DNA of 64,000 nucleotides. Origin: Eledone cirrhosa. Its lineage: Eukaryota. Location of the stretch: positions 6,634,001 through 6,698,000 of the forward strand of contig OZ024748.1 in NCBI GenBank assembly GCA_964016885.1. Direction: 5' to 3'. Within the stretch, counting starts at the first letter, position 1; every line of letters starts with the position of its first letter. A program made the position numbers and the translations under genes. The notes below the pieces were generated by a model. It was not told where the DNA came from and made no database searches. It saw nothing but the letters and a program-made list of their open reading frames with translations. Below are positions 45,098-60,292 of the stretch, one piece after another.

Positions 45098-45102
<5 letters not shown>
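44950..45102 (+). mobile_element. Penelope-like retroelement ORF fragment (RT thumb/linker region)
   Basis: RISDLSANEDIFNASASYYNDALARSGFKEKITY...RRNRHRQII fits the PLE signature RIS.LS.N...F......Y..AL..SG[YF]...R.R.IIWFNPP; bounded by (TA)n on both sides. Confidence 0.78.
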
Positions 45103-45160
<58 letters not shown>

Positions 45161-45723
45161 GTATATATGTATTTGTTTATAAATACACAGTTGTAATTGT
45201 ATTATATTTATTTCTCGGTAACTCCTAAAAATAGAAATAAAATGAATTGGCGTGTAATTTGTACACACTCAGACACACACACAGGTACACACACATGTCC
45301 ATTAACCACATATATGTAAACATACCGACACACAGACACACACGCATTATACACATATATACATATGCTATATCATTTGTTATTATTTCTATCTAATTAA
45401 TCATCAAAAGTATTTTACCATAAATTTTGTTTATGGATTTTTCTGTTTTAATAATGAACTGATTGTAAAAGTGGCTGTAATCACTTCTACAAAGAGAGCA
45501 AAATATACCGTATTTTCTCACTCTCCCACGTATACACAGACACATACACCCACACACACAAAATCACAATAATATATATATATTAGAAAATACAATAGCT
45601 TTCACCGTATTTTTGACTAAAGGAATTTTAGCTTGATAATGGGGGTTTATAACCCTCAGATAAATGGAAAAAGATGAGTATTGACGTACATGGGAAACAT
45701 ACTTACTTGCCATATATATATAA

Positions 45724-45793
<70 letters not shown>

Positions 45794-45920
45794 GTGCGTG
45801 TGTGTGCATACGTTTGTGTGTACATATATTTATGTAAAATTTAATCAGAAATAACAAAGCAAACGACACAGTACATTGAAAAAATATATACGTTTAGCGC
45901 TTGAAATAATATATAAAGAA

Positions 45921-45958
45921 TCTGAACGTTTTGGACACTAGTCCTTCATCAGAAGATA
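45921..45958 (-). ncRNA. Minimal hammerhead-like motif, core-mutated (GAAA to AAAA)
   Basis: Minus strand: CTGATGA-A-GGAC-tagt-GTCC-AAAA-C-GTT-caga; perfect 4-bp stem II. Confidence 0.5.
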
Positions 45959-47183
45959 GAAATGGAACTAAAATATAAAATACATTATTCAGTGCATGGT
46001 TTTCCAGGTGCGATCTACGATCCATCATCAATATTTCCAGAACGCAAATGTGTCACGTATTGAGTCCATGCTGCTGGTATCACAACTTCTGGATTTTACA
46101 TATATTTCGTACTGAGGATTCTTGTATCCTCTAGGCTGTGCACTACAGGAACTGAAATATTGAAGAGCAGCTGGCGGTGACATACCAAACTCCACTATAA
46201 ATATGGTACCAAAGGGCATCTGAATCAATCGGGTGGCTGATTGAAACTACATGGAAATAGACAGCAAATGGCTGTTAAAAATGGCCGAGTACTATAAAGA
46301 AAGATTCAGGGTTTATTTCGTTGAAACAAGAGAAAGAGAAAAGAAAAAACAAAGGAAGGACACTTGGAGTTATTATGTGTGAAGCAATGAACGGCAAAGT
46401 GATCTTTGGCAAGATTTGAACTCAGAACATAAAAAGGACGAAACAAAATACACCAAGACATATTTTTCAACGCTCCTGTGATTCGGCCTTTGACCGCTCT
46501 TAAATAGAAGGTAATCATTATTTCTCACTTAAGACACAAGAGACTAACATCGAGTAAACGAGGGGAAAATCTAAGTGATTACCCAAACTTGCCCATCCTT
46601 CTAGAAATAACAATTAGATCTTTATAGATTCCGAATTTATGATAAACGAAGTCGACCTCAATGGTATTTTCAACTCAAAAGGAACGTAAATTGTTGTAAT
46701 AAAATACTACAAGACCTTTTGTTGGTCGATCTACCGTTTTTTTACTGAGATACTGCCCTCCACACAGTGAGTTATATTTCATATATTTAGTGGATCATGT
46801 TACTTACTGATACAGCAATAACATTGGTTTAACCCCCAACAATGAAAACAATCTGTTGTTGATAACAGAAAAAACAACATCAGGTTAATTATGTTTGTAA
46901 GGATCAGTTAACCCACAACAATAAAGATTTCAAATGAACAGTAAATTCACGTCAATAGTCAATAGATACATTAGTTTGATATATAGTTCTTTCTTCATTT
47001 TATTTGTTATTTCTAATGGCTTTGTCAGAAAAAGAAAGGCAACGCTCAACATACTTTAACTGGCCTCAAGAGACAGATGAGAGGAAAAGTGAGGAATTTA
47101 TAAAGAAAGTTTCAGGGTCTATTTCGTTCAAACAACAAGAAAGAAAGGGAGAAAGAACATGGGAATGACACTTGGTTTCAGTA

Positions 47184-47332
47184 GAGTGAACTTCACAAAA
47201 GACAGGAGAGAGATTGTTGTGGTTAAACTATGGGAGTGAACTTCACTAAAGACAGGCAAGAGGCTGGTGTGGTTAAACTATGGGAGTGAACTTCACTAAA
47301 GACAGGCAAGAGACTGGTGTGGTTAAACTATG
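47184..47332. repeat. Minisatellite, 50-bp unit, 3 copies
   Basis: gagtgaacttcac at 47184, 47234, 47284. Confidence 0.9.
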
Positions 47333-47699
47333 TGACAGAAGAAGCCTCAAACGCTAAAATTACAACCGGCCGTTCGAACAGGGTATAAGCAGTCTCTCTC
47401 AAACAAATTCAACTCATAAGGCTAAGTTTAACCCGAGGTTATGCTACACTATGCCTGTTATCTGGTGATGTCAGTGGGATTGGATCAGAAACCATGTTAA
47501 GGAATTAGTTGAGTTGACGTCATGGCACCAGCTTGGTGCTATTTTCAGCATTCATTACGATCTGACTAGTAATAATTTCCCTTCTATAAAACGTAATTGT
47601 AAAAATGTGGAGAATATTTCAAAATTCCTCCCTGGGCAGCTTTCTAGTATATGTACGCGATAAATATATATATATATATACGTATATATATATATATGT

Positions 47700-47922
47700 G
47701 TTTATTTTCATTTGTACCGTTTCCTCTCACCACGTTTTTTTTAAATGTCTCTACCCCACTCCCCTACACACCCTTGGAACTCTCTTCCCACACACTTTTC
47801 GCCTGAAGAAGGGCTTGTGCCCGAAACGTCGTCCCCCACCATCACCCCACTCTCAAGAGCGTGAAACTAATAAACCTTTGTTCGTACTGCCTCTCTGTTT
47901 TGTTCCCGTTCAATTTTAACGC
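47700..47922 (+). mobile_element. Family P4 PLE-like terminal fragment
   Basis: TA-flanked; contains a hammerhead and AATAAA (~47869); homologous to 42345-42600. Confidence 0.8.
47801..47832 (+). ncRNA. Minimal type I hammerhead ribozyme, intact core
   Basis: gc-CTGAAGA(47803-47809)-A-GGGC-ttgt-GCCC-GAAA(47823-47826)-C-GTC(47828-47830)-gt; palindromic ACGU stem III as in PLE minimal hammerheads; stem I only ~2 bp. Confidence 0.72.
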
Positions 47923-48002
<80 letters not shown>

Positions 48003-48421
48003 AATTGCATATGTTTGGCCGAGATGCTCGTACGTTATAACAGTCATATTTTCTGATATATGCACAAACGTTTTTCTATAGATTTTTTCTTAACACCGCA
48101 AAGTATTGTTCCATACCATGATGTAACCTTTCGATATGTTTTGTCCCCTGCTAAACCTTCAGCCCAATGAAAACTCAACGTTGCTCTACTTTTGGCCTCA
48201 GAGAAATCAGAATGGCAGTGGTTAACTCAATAACAATGTCAGTTCGAGTTCAAATTTGTATGTGATATTGTTTGAAATTTTACAGGTAGATAACTTTTAT
48301 ATTAAAATAGGAAAGAACACTAAGGAAAAACAATAAACAAAGGTTAGATACAAATTTATATTATTTAAGGTTTAATAAAATAGAATACCAAAGTAATTCA
48401 AACAAGACGATCGATATTATT

Positions 48422-48459
<38 letters not shown>

Positions 48460-48494
48460 CATGTATATATATGTATATATGTATATATGTATAT

Positions 48495-48615
<121 letters not shown>

Positions 48616-49125
48616 TATATATATATATACATACATACATATATGTATGTATAAATATATGTATAAACATATATATGGAGAGGTGTTTTTACTTTTTAAA
48701 ATTGATAACAAAAAATAACATTATACAAGGTTAATAATAAAAAATTTAAACAAAGTAACTTTGAAATAATATGATTTCAATATTATTTTATTCCCCCATT
48801 GTAATATATATTTGAACAATGTTATATAAATATATATATGTGGGTGGGTGTGTATGGTTGTGAGATAGAGGTAGATATATACATGTATATAGGTACACAT
48901 ACAGAGTCACACACGAACGTAACAACCACAAATCTTCCAACATACATACACATAAGTAAACACACACACAAACACACATATATGTACATATATATATATA
49001 TATATATAATCAACTATTTAGACGCATGTGTTGCCACGCCCCCCTGGTAGTGTGTTGTGGGTAGTTTTAATTGATGAATTGAAAAAAAACTGTTATCTTA
49101 CAGAAAGCTTACTATTTTTTATCTT

Positions 49126-49449
49126 ATATTATATTATATTATATTATATTATATTATATTATATTATATTATATTATATTATATTATATTATATTATATT
49201 ATATTATATTATATTATATTATATTATATTATATTATATTATATTATATTATATTATATTATATTATATTATATTATATTATATTATATTATATTATATT
49301 ATATTATATTATATTATATTATATTATATTATATTATATTATATTATATTATATTATATTATATTATATTATATTATATTATATTATATTATATTATATT
49401 ATATTATATCATATTATATTATATTAAATTACATTATACTATACTATAT
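49126..49449. repeat. (ATATT)n pentanucleotide array, ~60 copies
   Basis: Nearly perfect atatt run. Confidence 0.95.
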
Positions 49450-49557
49450 TTGAAAACACTGGTAGAGTAGATAATTTCAAAAATAAAAACTTCTCTCAGC
49501 AATATTTATTATTTATTTGTAAAGAAATATATATATATATATAATATATATATATGC

Positions 49558-49630
<73 letters not shown>

Positions 49631-49727
49631 ATATATATATATACATATATGTATATATACATATATATATACATATATATATATACATATATTTATTCTT
49701 CAATTTTATTATTATCACTATAAATAC

Positions 49728-49806
<79 letters not shown>

Positions 49807-49897
49807 TACATATATATACATATATATATATACATATATATACATATATATATATACATATATATGCATATATATATATACATATATATACATATAT

Positions 49898-50043
<146 letters not shown>

Positions 50044-50455
50044 ATATATATATATATATAAATATATATATATATTTACTCACACTTAAGCGTTCATACA
50101 TTATCAGAGATTAAATTCTGTTAGTGTATCTTGAGAAGTAGCAATGTGGTAAAAGGTTTTGCATTCAAGAGACAAAAGACAGAATGTCAAAATAATAAGG
50201 AAGCAAATCCTCAAACGTTTGTGGAGAAGCAAGGCTGGGTTGACGATGAACTGGAATCTCTGATAGAATGCCTGGGTTTTGTATTCTCTACATTGTATAT
50301 TCACATCCCGCTGGGGGTTATTTCCGCCTTTCGTTCATTTAATATAGATAAATAACATATCATTTCGCCAGCTAATTCTCTCCCTGTTTCTCACCATTCC
50401 TCAACTATCTCTCTGAATTTGTTAAGAAAATATCCTGTAAAGTAGTTCTTAATTG

Positions 50456-50555
<100 letters not shown>

Positions 50556-50561
50556 TATATA

Positions 50562-50685
50562 TAGAAATAGCCATCGAAATGTTTTGAGCTCTGCCGTCGG
50601 GGTCATACTTTTTCCTATTTCCCATTATACTACCCTAAGTATTGAGTACTCTGGTGCGTTATGGTTCATCACCACAATTCCTTTG

Positions 50686-50690
<5 letters not shown>
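50562..50690 (+). mobile_element. P1 element, single arm plus tail
   Basis: agaaatagccatcgaaatgttttgagctctgccgtcggggtc...taccctaagtattgagtactctggtgcgttatgg. Confidence 0.78.
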
Positions 50691-50739
<49 letters not shown>

Positions 50740-51563
50740 ACACACATATTTATATATATATATTAACATACATAACTTTTCCTATTTATAATTGCTTTCT
50801 CTTCTCTATATATCTATCCATGTTATGTTATATTACAGAAACGTACCCCAATACATATACATATCTTTCTCTCGTTATATTTTCCATTTATTGTTTGTAT
50901 GAAAACGTTTATTAAAGGTCAGTTCAACCTGATAATATTTCGATTATAAAGAGCTGGTTGGTGGAGTTATAGATTTATAGGTTGGATTAAACGTCATATA
51001 CAGTATATTTATACGGGAATACACTATCAAACGTAAAGTAGAATAATTAAACATGTTTATCACAGAACATAATACATAGCAATATTAATTAAACTGAAAT
51101 CTCTTTCAGATCTAACGTAATGTAAAACGAAAACAATTGAAAATACACTATTTTAATTGTTTATTAAATATTGCCTTGTATCAATATAATCTGTCTTTGA
51201 AATCGATATGCAATTTATAACATAATTATCATTTATTTTAAAATATTTTACAATATATTCATGTCAATCAATGAAATATATGATCAATGAGAAAGATTAA
51301 TGTTAATTTTGAAATTATATGAATGTTATTAGAATGTTTTGAATGGACATGCGTCAGTTTCAACGATGAGTGTTCCAGTATTTCTATCAATGGAACTGCC
51401 AACACATGAAATTAATGTGTAAGACGTAGAGCATGTGTTAGACATGTCTATTCTCAACCTTACTTTTAGTCTGATTCGCCGTGACACAGTGAAACTATGC
51501 TGTAACCTTTATTTACAGTTAAACTCTGATCAACGTGCTTCGAAATACTTTTCATCAACACGA

Positions 51564-51858
51564 TTGTTTCTATTTGGGGCACAAGGTCAGCAATTACCCA
51601 GTGCATTACTGGTACTTTATTTTATCGACCCCGTAAGGATGAAAGGCAAAGTTAACCTCGGCGAGATTTGAAGAGGTTAAATTTGCCTGATGATGAAAAT
51701 GATGATGATGTTGGCAAGGAGGAGCAGATAGAGCTGGGCGAGGTGGTTATGGTGATGATCAGGTCGTTGTTGCTGGTAATGCTGCTGCTGCTGATGATGG
51801 TGATGGCAAGGAGGAGCAGGTGGAGATGGACGAAGAAGAATATGGTGATGATCATGCT

Positions 51859-51889
<31 letters not shown>

Positions 51890-52420
51890 AACATGGTGGT
51901 GCTGCCGGTGCTGATGTTAATGATGAGGTTGACGGTAAGGATGAAGGTGATAATGATGATGATGATGATGATGATGGTGGTGGTGATGATGGTGGTGATG
52001 ATGGTGGTGATGATGGTGGTGATGATGTGATGAGAAGGAAGAGGAAGACGATGACGACAATGACGACGATTATATTGCTTTGGCACAAGGCCAGCAATTA
52101 CCCCAGTGCATTACTGGTACTTTATTTTATTGACCACGCGAGGAAGAAAGGCAAATTTAACCTTGGCGGGATTTGAACACAGACCGTAAAGGGACGTAGC
52201 TCTATGCTACAAAGCATGGCATCCAATCCTCTACCGATACTGCCAATCCACCGCTCTGATGATATTAATAATTGTTTCTACTCTTTGGCACAAGGCCACC
52301 AATTATCCCAGTGCATTACTGGTACTTTATTTTATCGACCCCGTAAGGATGAAAGGCAAAGTTAACCTCGGCGAGATTTGAACTCAGAATGTAAAGGGAC
52401 GTAACTATACTAGAAAGCCT
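51564..52420 (-). mobile_element. Three SINE S1 copies (~51564-51672, ~52076-52254, ~52269-52420) around a degenerate (GAT/GGT/GCT)n tract
   Basis: Repeated ggcacaagg...ccagtgcattactggtactttattttat...aaaggcaaa. Confidence 0.87.
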
Positions 52421-52760
52421 GTAAAGAGGACAATTACTTTACTAGTCATAAGATGGGTCTCACTCTACAGAAATGTCCACTACCAACATATATTACAACT
52501 AAAAATGATCTTTACAATTTTTATACAGATAAAATATTCAACTTTAACAAAATGACTGCCTGCTGTTGCTGCTGGTATTGTTGCTGCTGGTATTGTTGCT
52601 GTTACATCTGCTACTACTGCATATGTTTCTAACAGAAGTACATATGTTACTGCTGCTGGTGGCCATATTAAAGAAACATTGGGCTAGAAGAAGCTTGCAA
52701 GATTCAGTGTAGATTTCAAACATAAAAATCTATATATACGGTTATGTGTCTGACTGTCTT

Positions 52761-53480
<720 letters not shown>

Positions 53481-53889
53481 CCTACGCACACATGTGTGTA
53501 TGTTTTTGTGCACGTGGTTATTTGTGTATGTCCATTACATGAAACTATTACGTGGCTTTAACATGCAATACAGAACAAATATATAAGCCCAACATATATA
53601 ATATAAATATATAAAGATAAAGTGGAGAGATTGGTTTGTATGTGATATTGTAAGCTAATGTATTAGAACTCTCTCTTACACTAAATGGTATTGATGGTTT
53701 TGGTTTAGTGAAGGCACCAGAGAGAAACATAGAGAGCAGTAGTATAATTTAGATTCAGTATTACCAATCACTAGTCCACCTTGATCACCAGGAGCAAGCC
53801 ACCTCATCCAGACATCATCTCCAGCATACATTCACATCTATTTTGGTGGTTCTCACTATTCACACCATTCAGAAATTCGCTTGAATTTT

Positions 53890-54520
53890 ATATCTCCTTC
53901 TAAACTCTCACTTACTTGAGAGTGTAGGGTGAGGTGTATCAATTTAAACCTTCCACTAAACTCTCCCTTTCTTGAGAGTGTAATTAAGGTGTATCAATTT
54001 AAACCTTCCACTAAACTCTCCCTTTCTTGAGAGTGTAGTTAAGGTGTATCAATTTAAACCTTTCACTATACTCTCACTTTCTTGAGAGTGTAGTTAAGGT
54101 CTATCAATTTAAACCTTTCACTATACTCTCACTTTCTTGAGAGTGTAGTTAAGGTGTATCAATTTAAACCTTTCACTATACTCTCACTTTCTTGAGAGTG
54201 TAGTAAAGGTGTATAAATGTAAACCTTTCACTATACTCTCACTTTCTTGAGAGTGTAGTTAAGGTGTATCAATTTAAACCTTTCACTATACTCTCACTTT
54301 CTTGAGAGTGTAGTTAAGGTGTATCAATTTAAACCTTTCACTATACTCTCACTTTCTTGAGAGTGTAGTAAAGGTGTATAAATTTAAACCTTTCACTATA
54401 CTCTCACTTTCTTGAGAGTGTAGTTAAGGTGTATCAATTTAAACCTTTCACTATACTCTCACTTTCTTGAGAGTGTAGTAAAGGTGTATACATTTTTAAC
54501 CTCCCACTATACTCTCGCTT
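53890..54520. repeat. Minisatellite, 55-bp internally palindromic unit, ~11 copies
   Basis: cttgagagtg at 53971, 54026, 54081 and onward; unit contains actatactctca-ctttct-tgagagtgtagt. Confidence 0.94.
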
Positions 54521-55662
54521 TCAGTTGGTACTGAAAAGATGTTATTAAGGGCCTTTGCCAAATTTGAAGACGTCTGTATTTAGTCGTTTCAATGTTTTAT
54601 GCCATGCAATGTTTTACAAGGTATACAATAGACAGATGAAACCCTTTTTCCTTTATCTATTTCAGATTTTCAAAATTCACATAATATTACATGCTCGAAA
54701 TAGCAGCTACATATACCTCAATATACACGGTGTTGTCTTGAAAATTAACTAACATTGGATAGAGAAGGCACAGATAGAAATAACCAGAAAAAAGAACGGA
54801 TATGTCACGACTAGATTGTATTTGATGATAGATCTGTATACATTGTCAGGAATAAACTAGGGTTAAATATCATCCACACTATTATCAATGTATGAATTTC
54901 AGGTAGAGAACATTATTTCGTTGTCTAGCAACAGGAGTATCTATCTTTTAACATTTTCGATAAATATACCTCAGAATTATGCTCTCTATTCCTGTTACAA
55001 ACATACAAATACTCACCCAAACAAACACATGGATATGTACGTATGTATGTATAGATGTAATAATGTATTTATATGTGAGTGTCTGCGAGTGTCTGTTGCT
55101 TCTGGTGTGTCTGTATGTACTCGCAAAAGTGTGTATTATATAAAGTATTGAGAGAGATAAAGAGGAAGAGAGAGAGAAAGAAATGGGGTGAAGGAGAGAA
55201 TGAGGCAGGCATGTTTATTATCAGTTGAAATTTTATGGAAATTTCATTTTGTTTGCTTTAATTTCAGGTATTTCAAAAAAATATTCTTTTAAAACTGTGA
55301 TGTAAATCTTTGATTAGAGAAAAAATATGTTATGAATAAGACATTAATTTTCGATTTTCAATGTGTCAGAGATTTAAATGTAAATTCAAAATGAATTATC
55401 TTTATTTTTTTAGATATTCTATTATTGGAAAGACATTTTATTTTTCTCTGATTAAAATATATGGCAATTTTTATCTTTTTTTCATTCCATTTTATATGAA
55501 GTGGAAAATAGATGAAGCTCGGGAGAAGTTATAACATTATCTTATTTTATATATCTCGGGTTTGGCCATGTGGTAACATGTCGAAACAATGGCATTATGA
55601 GTTCAATGTGGTTGTATGGAATTTGGTAGAGAAAAAAAGCTCATCATATATATATATATATA

Positions 55663-55901
55663 TAATTAGAATGTGAACAACACAAAATATAACTACTCCA
55701 TTACTCAAGGTTTCTGGATCACAGACGATAATAATACACGTCTGGATCGGTCGTCAGACTTATATTGTGTTATTATCGTCTGTGGTCCTGAAACCTTTCG
55801 TAATGGAATAGTTATATATTGTGTTGTTCACTTTCGAATTAAATAGCTCTGTTCTATACATAGAGCACTCTTTTTTCCTTTGCTTTTCCTTCGGAATTAC
55901 C

Positions 55902-55905
<4 letters not shown>
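55663..55905 (+). mobile_element. Microsatellite-flanked fold-back element (~75-bp imperfect arms, 55663-55840) with unique tail
   Basis: aattagaatgtgaacaacaca...cacagacgataataataca versus tgtgttattatcgtctgtg...tgtgttgttcactttcgaatt; (TA)n on the left, (CA)n on the right. Confidence 0.75.
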
Positions 55906-55945
<40 letters not shown>

Positions 55946-58486
55946 GTTTGCCCTTCGCCCAAATTTTCGGTGGGATTTGAACTCAGACCGTAACTCTATG
56001 CTACTAAGCATGGCGTCCGACCCTCTACTGATAATAATAATGATAATAATAGTAATTTCAGGGATTTTAGTATCATTGCAGACTGAAAGTATATATTAAG
56101 GATAACAAGTGTCACCATTTCTGTAATAATTGATTTCATTGAACCGATTATTAATTTTTCCGGTTGGAATTTTTAGGTTATCGATCTCTGATGAATAAAT
56201 AACAAAGAGGCGGGATTTAAAGGTAACCAAAAGGGAGGTTACTAAAGTACCACAAAATACTTGTTCCACCAATCAACCAATCTATATTATCCAACCACAT
56301 CATTGTATTAATACACTCTACCGGTCTTCGTTCAATATTTGTTTCATATTAATTTAAGAGAAACGTTAGAGAGGCACTTGAGACATAAAGGGATAAGGCG
56401 AATACAGCTCTGAAGAAGATAAGGAATCTAATTTCAGATGGTCTTTCATGATTACAATATAAAATCATGGAAATGAATCTCCATTTAAACCCCTTTCTCC
56501 ATCCCTCGCTTTCATATATATATATGTATATCTTTCTTTCTCCCTCGCTTTCATATATATCTCTCTTTTTCTCCCTCTCATGCTTTCATTTTCTCACTTC
56601 CTCTCTCCCTCGCTTTCATTTTCTCTCTCTCTCTCTTTTGCTTTCTTTCTTGGATTCTCTTCTTCTTCTCTCTCGCTTTCTTTCTTTCTCTATATGTCTG
56701 TCTATCTATCTATATATATATCTTCTCTCTCCCCCTCTCTTATTCAATCTATCTCTATCCCCCCTCTCTCTCTCTCTCCCTTTCTCTTTCTCTCTCCATC
56801 TATCTAGTTATTTATTTCTCATCTACGTGTTCAATAAAAAAATAAAAAAATAGCCGAGGCATAATGATGATTCATAATGCCGATGATCATATGTGATGCG
56901 GGACATAATATTAGATTAGAGATAAGCAGCCATCTTGCTGTCGAGAACTAAGTCAGACCAATGTCTATCTCTCGCTTAATCTCGTACTAAATTTACTACT
57001 GTACGAACTGTCATCTATATTCCAGCCTGCTTAGCTAACTAAGTATCATAGAATTAACTTCGTTTACACGGTGATCCAGCAACAGAGCGGATGCTAAGAT
57101 ACCAGCAGCCTGGATTATATTTACAGCTTAGAAAGACAGAGACGGGGATAGAAGAAGAGGTGAAGAGAGAGAAGTAGACGGAATGAAAGAGAGAGAGAGA
57201 AAGAGGGGGCGAGAGAGAGGCTGAAATATAGTCAGTCACTATAACTTATGTAGTTACCACAAATATGAACTTTCATTCTACAAATAAAATCATAACATTC
57301 TCGAGATCATACACTTCATAAGCTCGCCAAAACGTTAATCCAGTAAATATCTATTTTAGTCATGTTCAAATTCAGGGGTGTCATGACACCCTGTGATTTT
57401 GCCACAGATCTATAGATAATTGCTTTTGAAAATATGGGATTTATATATCTTCCATGATTAAAGTTGTATAAAAATTCTATAATTAAATTCTGAAAAGCAA
57501 TCTCAGATATTATAATTAGTATTAGAACAACTATTTTTTTTCTCTCTCCCGAAAGTAAAACAATGGAATGAGATAATGTTTAAATACAATAAAGAGACAT
57601 AGAACAGTGAAATTATTCATTGTACCATACTTACTGCTACAAACTGGTCAAACTGTGTGTTGGTTCTTTACATCCAAATCAACCGTGAATGTGCAAACCT
57701 AAGATTAGAGGTATTCTACCCATGACTATATAATTTTCATCTCTCTTTTTTTTTTAGAGTATGAAGGATTATATTTTATAAAGAGACCTTTCCTTGTTTA
57801 ACATGGTAGAGTCTGAATTAAGATATATTTAATTCTTATTACGATCAAGTCGAGAAACAGTTTAAAGGCTCGTTCGTTGATTCATAGCAAGATTTAATTG
57901 TGAATTTGGTTTTATGAAAATTAACACCGCTCATTGGAAATAAACAAAGTAACATTTATATTTACTGAAAAAAAATCGAAAAAGTTCAACATATTTTTAC
58001 TAGATTCTACATCAGGTAAAGATTAAATTAAAAAAAAAAAAATGTGTTTTCTTAGTTTAACCGTAGGTCAACCTTAATTAAACAAACGTAGTCAAACCTA
58101 GTACCAATGACGTTCCAACTGTGACCATCCTTCCTTTATACAAATATGATGTAAATAGGAATGCATTTATAAATTAGTCACTTATTATTTAAAATTTTAT
58201 TTCTACTCAGAGTGTACAGCAAATTAATCCGTCCAACGTTTTCTATGAAGAGGAGTTAATAATCTATTATATGGCCAGACATTCTACCATGAGCTCTCTA
58301 GTGATGTTCCCAAATCACTGTATTTTTAGAGGACAGTAATATATTTAATCTGAGAGAAAGTTGGCTCCTTTAAAAAATGTTTTTGATGCGAAAGTTATGA
58401 ATTCAGGAAATAAATACACACACGTAGACACATACACACAAACACATACATCTTGGATATGTATTTGTGTATATATACACACACAC

Positions 58487-58544
<58 letters not shown>

Positions 58545-59060
58545 TATACAAACATGTGTGTGTGGGTGTTTGTGTGTGTATGTGTAAATATACAGAGAGA
58601 TAGAGTGAGGAAGTTGTGCGTTTACAGTGACAGACCACCCCCTTCTCCCCGCCTAAAAAAATATGCTCTTTTATCTTATATCAGTGAAAATATGATGGAG
58701 TTGGGGGTGAATACATCATTCGAGGTATAGTGTGTGGTCTAAGAATGTTTTATAACGAGTGGTGAAGAAGATGATGGAAGCCGAACTATCTCTAGAGAAA
58801 CAGTTGCCAATGCATGTTATCTTCAAGTTATCCAGCAATTACTTACATATGTAGCTTTCCCTGAATACTTTATAAACACCACTTGGATTAATAAATAACA
58901 AGAGAAAGAAATGAATCAATCATTGAATGAAATACGGAAGGAATGAAGCAAAATATGACGGTAAAATATATGTATGGACGATAGAATGAAGATTTAGTGA
59001 ATGTAGATAGTGAGAGAAAGCGACTTTAAATGGCCGAGATATTTGTTTAACGTTCAGAGT

Positions 59061-59412
59061 CAGACCTGCCAACCTCTAAAAGCCCAAACAGGGAGTACCG
59101 TGAAATAGAGTGCCCCAAAACGGGGAGAAATGAGGCAAAATGGGAAGATTTTACATAATGGAAGCTATACCTTTAAGTCCGTCGCTGTAAACATAACCCA
59201 GTCTCTTACCCCAGAACTGCCAAACTCTAAAAGCCCAAACGGGAAGTACCGTACCGTGAAATAAAGTGCGCCAAAAACGGAGAGAATTGAGGCAAAATGG
59301 GAAGATTTTACATAATAATAGCTATACCCATTTTCACAAGAGAAGACATCTCTTACCCACCCCAAAGTAGGTGGGAGATGTCCTTGTCAGACGAGAATAT
59401 TTGACAGGTCTA
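59061..59412. mobile_element. MITE-like element with short TIRs and an internal ~95-bp duplication
   Basis: Ends agacctgccaa / ttgacaggtct; internal repeats ~59066-59159 and ~59217-59315; possible 6-bp TSD cagagt/gagagt. Confidence 0.6.
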
Positions 59413-59632
59413 GAGAGTTGAAATCCACCCAGAGGTCCCTTGCATTTCATTAGTCTGAGGATGCGTTGGGGCCCAAAAAGAATAAAATACATGTTTAGGG
59501 CTGTGGATTGGTGGTATTGTTAGAGAGTCGGGGAAATAATTTCAAGTATTTGATCCAGTCATCTACCCCTGCCAACAGTTGTTAATTCGAATACTGCGTT
59601 TATGAATTATGTTTACCGCATATATGAAATAA

Positions 59633-59762
<130 letters not shown>

Positions 59763-59816
59763 GTATACATATATATTTATTTCATATATGCGGTAAACGT
59801 ATGTTTACCGTATGTA

Positions 59817-59879
<63 letters not shown>

Positions 59880-59910
59880 GACCAGCAAGAAGGACCACCT
59901 TGCACACACT

Positions 59911-59947
<37 letters not shown>

Positions 59948-60292
59948 ACGTATGTATATACATGTGCGTGTGTGTATAATATAAGATAACCAATGGTAAA
60001 TTCAAGGCATGAAATCAATACCATGTCTAGATATATCTTGAAATATATTAAGAAACAGGAGATAAATTATAAAAAGTGAGTACGTAAATTAGACAATATG
60101 ATAAAAGAAGAGTTTTGTGCTGAAATAGTGTTTGTGTCAGTTTTGGTTATTACTCTCCCATGACGGAGATAATCGCTTCAGGACCTATTTCAATTTCGAT
60201 TCTCTTCAGTATATTTAATAACACAGTTTACTGTAAAAGAAATACAAACTTCATCAGCAAAAAATAAGATTGCCTTCTGTCTGTATAAGAAT

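Noticed and set aside
51652-52176. Acidic Asp/Gly-rich and Met-rich ORFs
   Set aside because: Degenerate trinucleotide repeats between SINE copies.
53890-54520. CRISPR-like appearance of the palindromic 55-bp array (and the 83-bp array at 22370)
   Set aside because: No unique spacers, no cas genes, eukaryotic context; these are plain tandem repeats.
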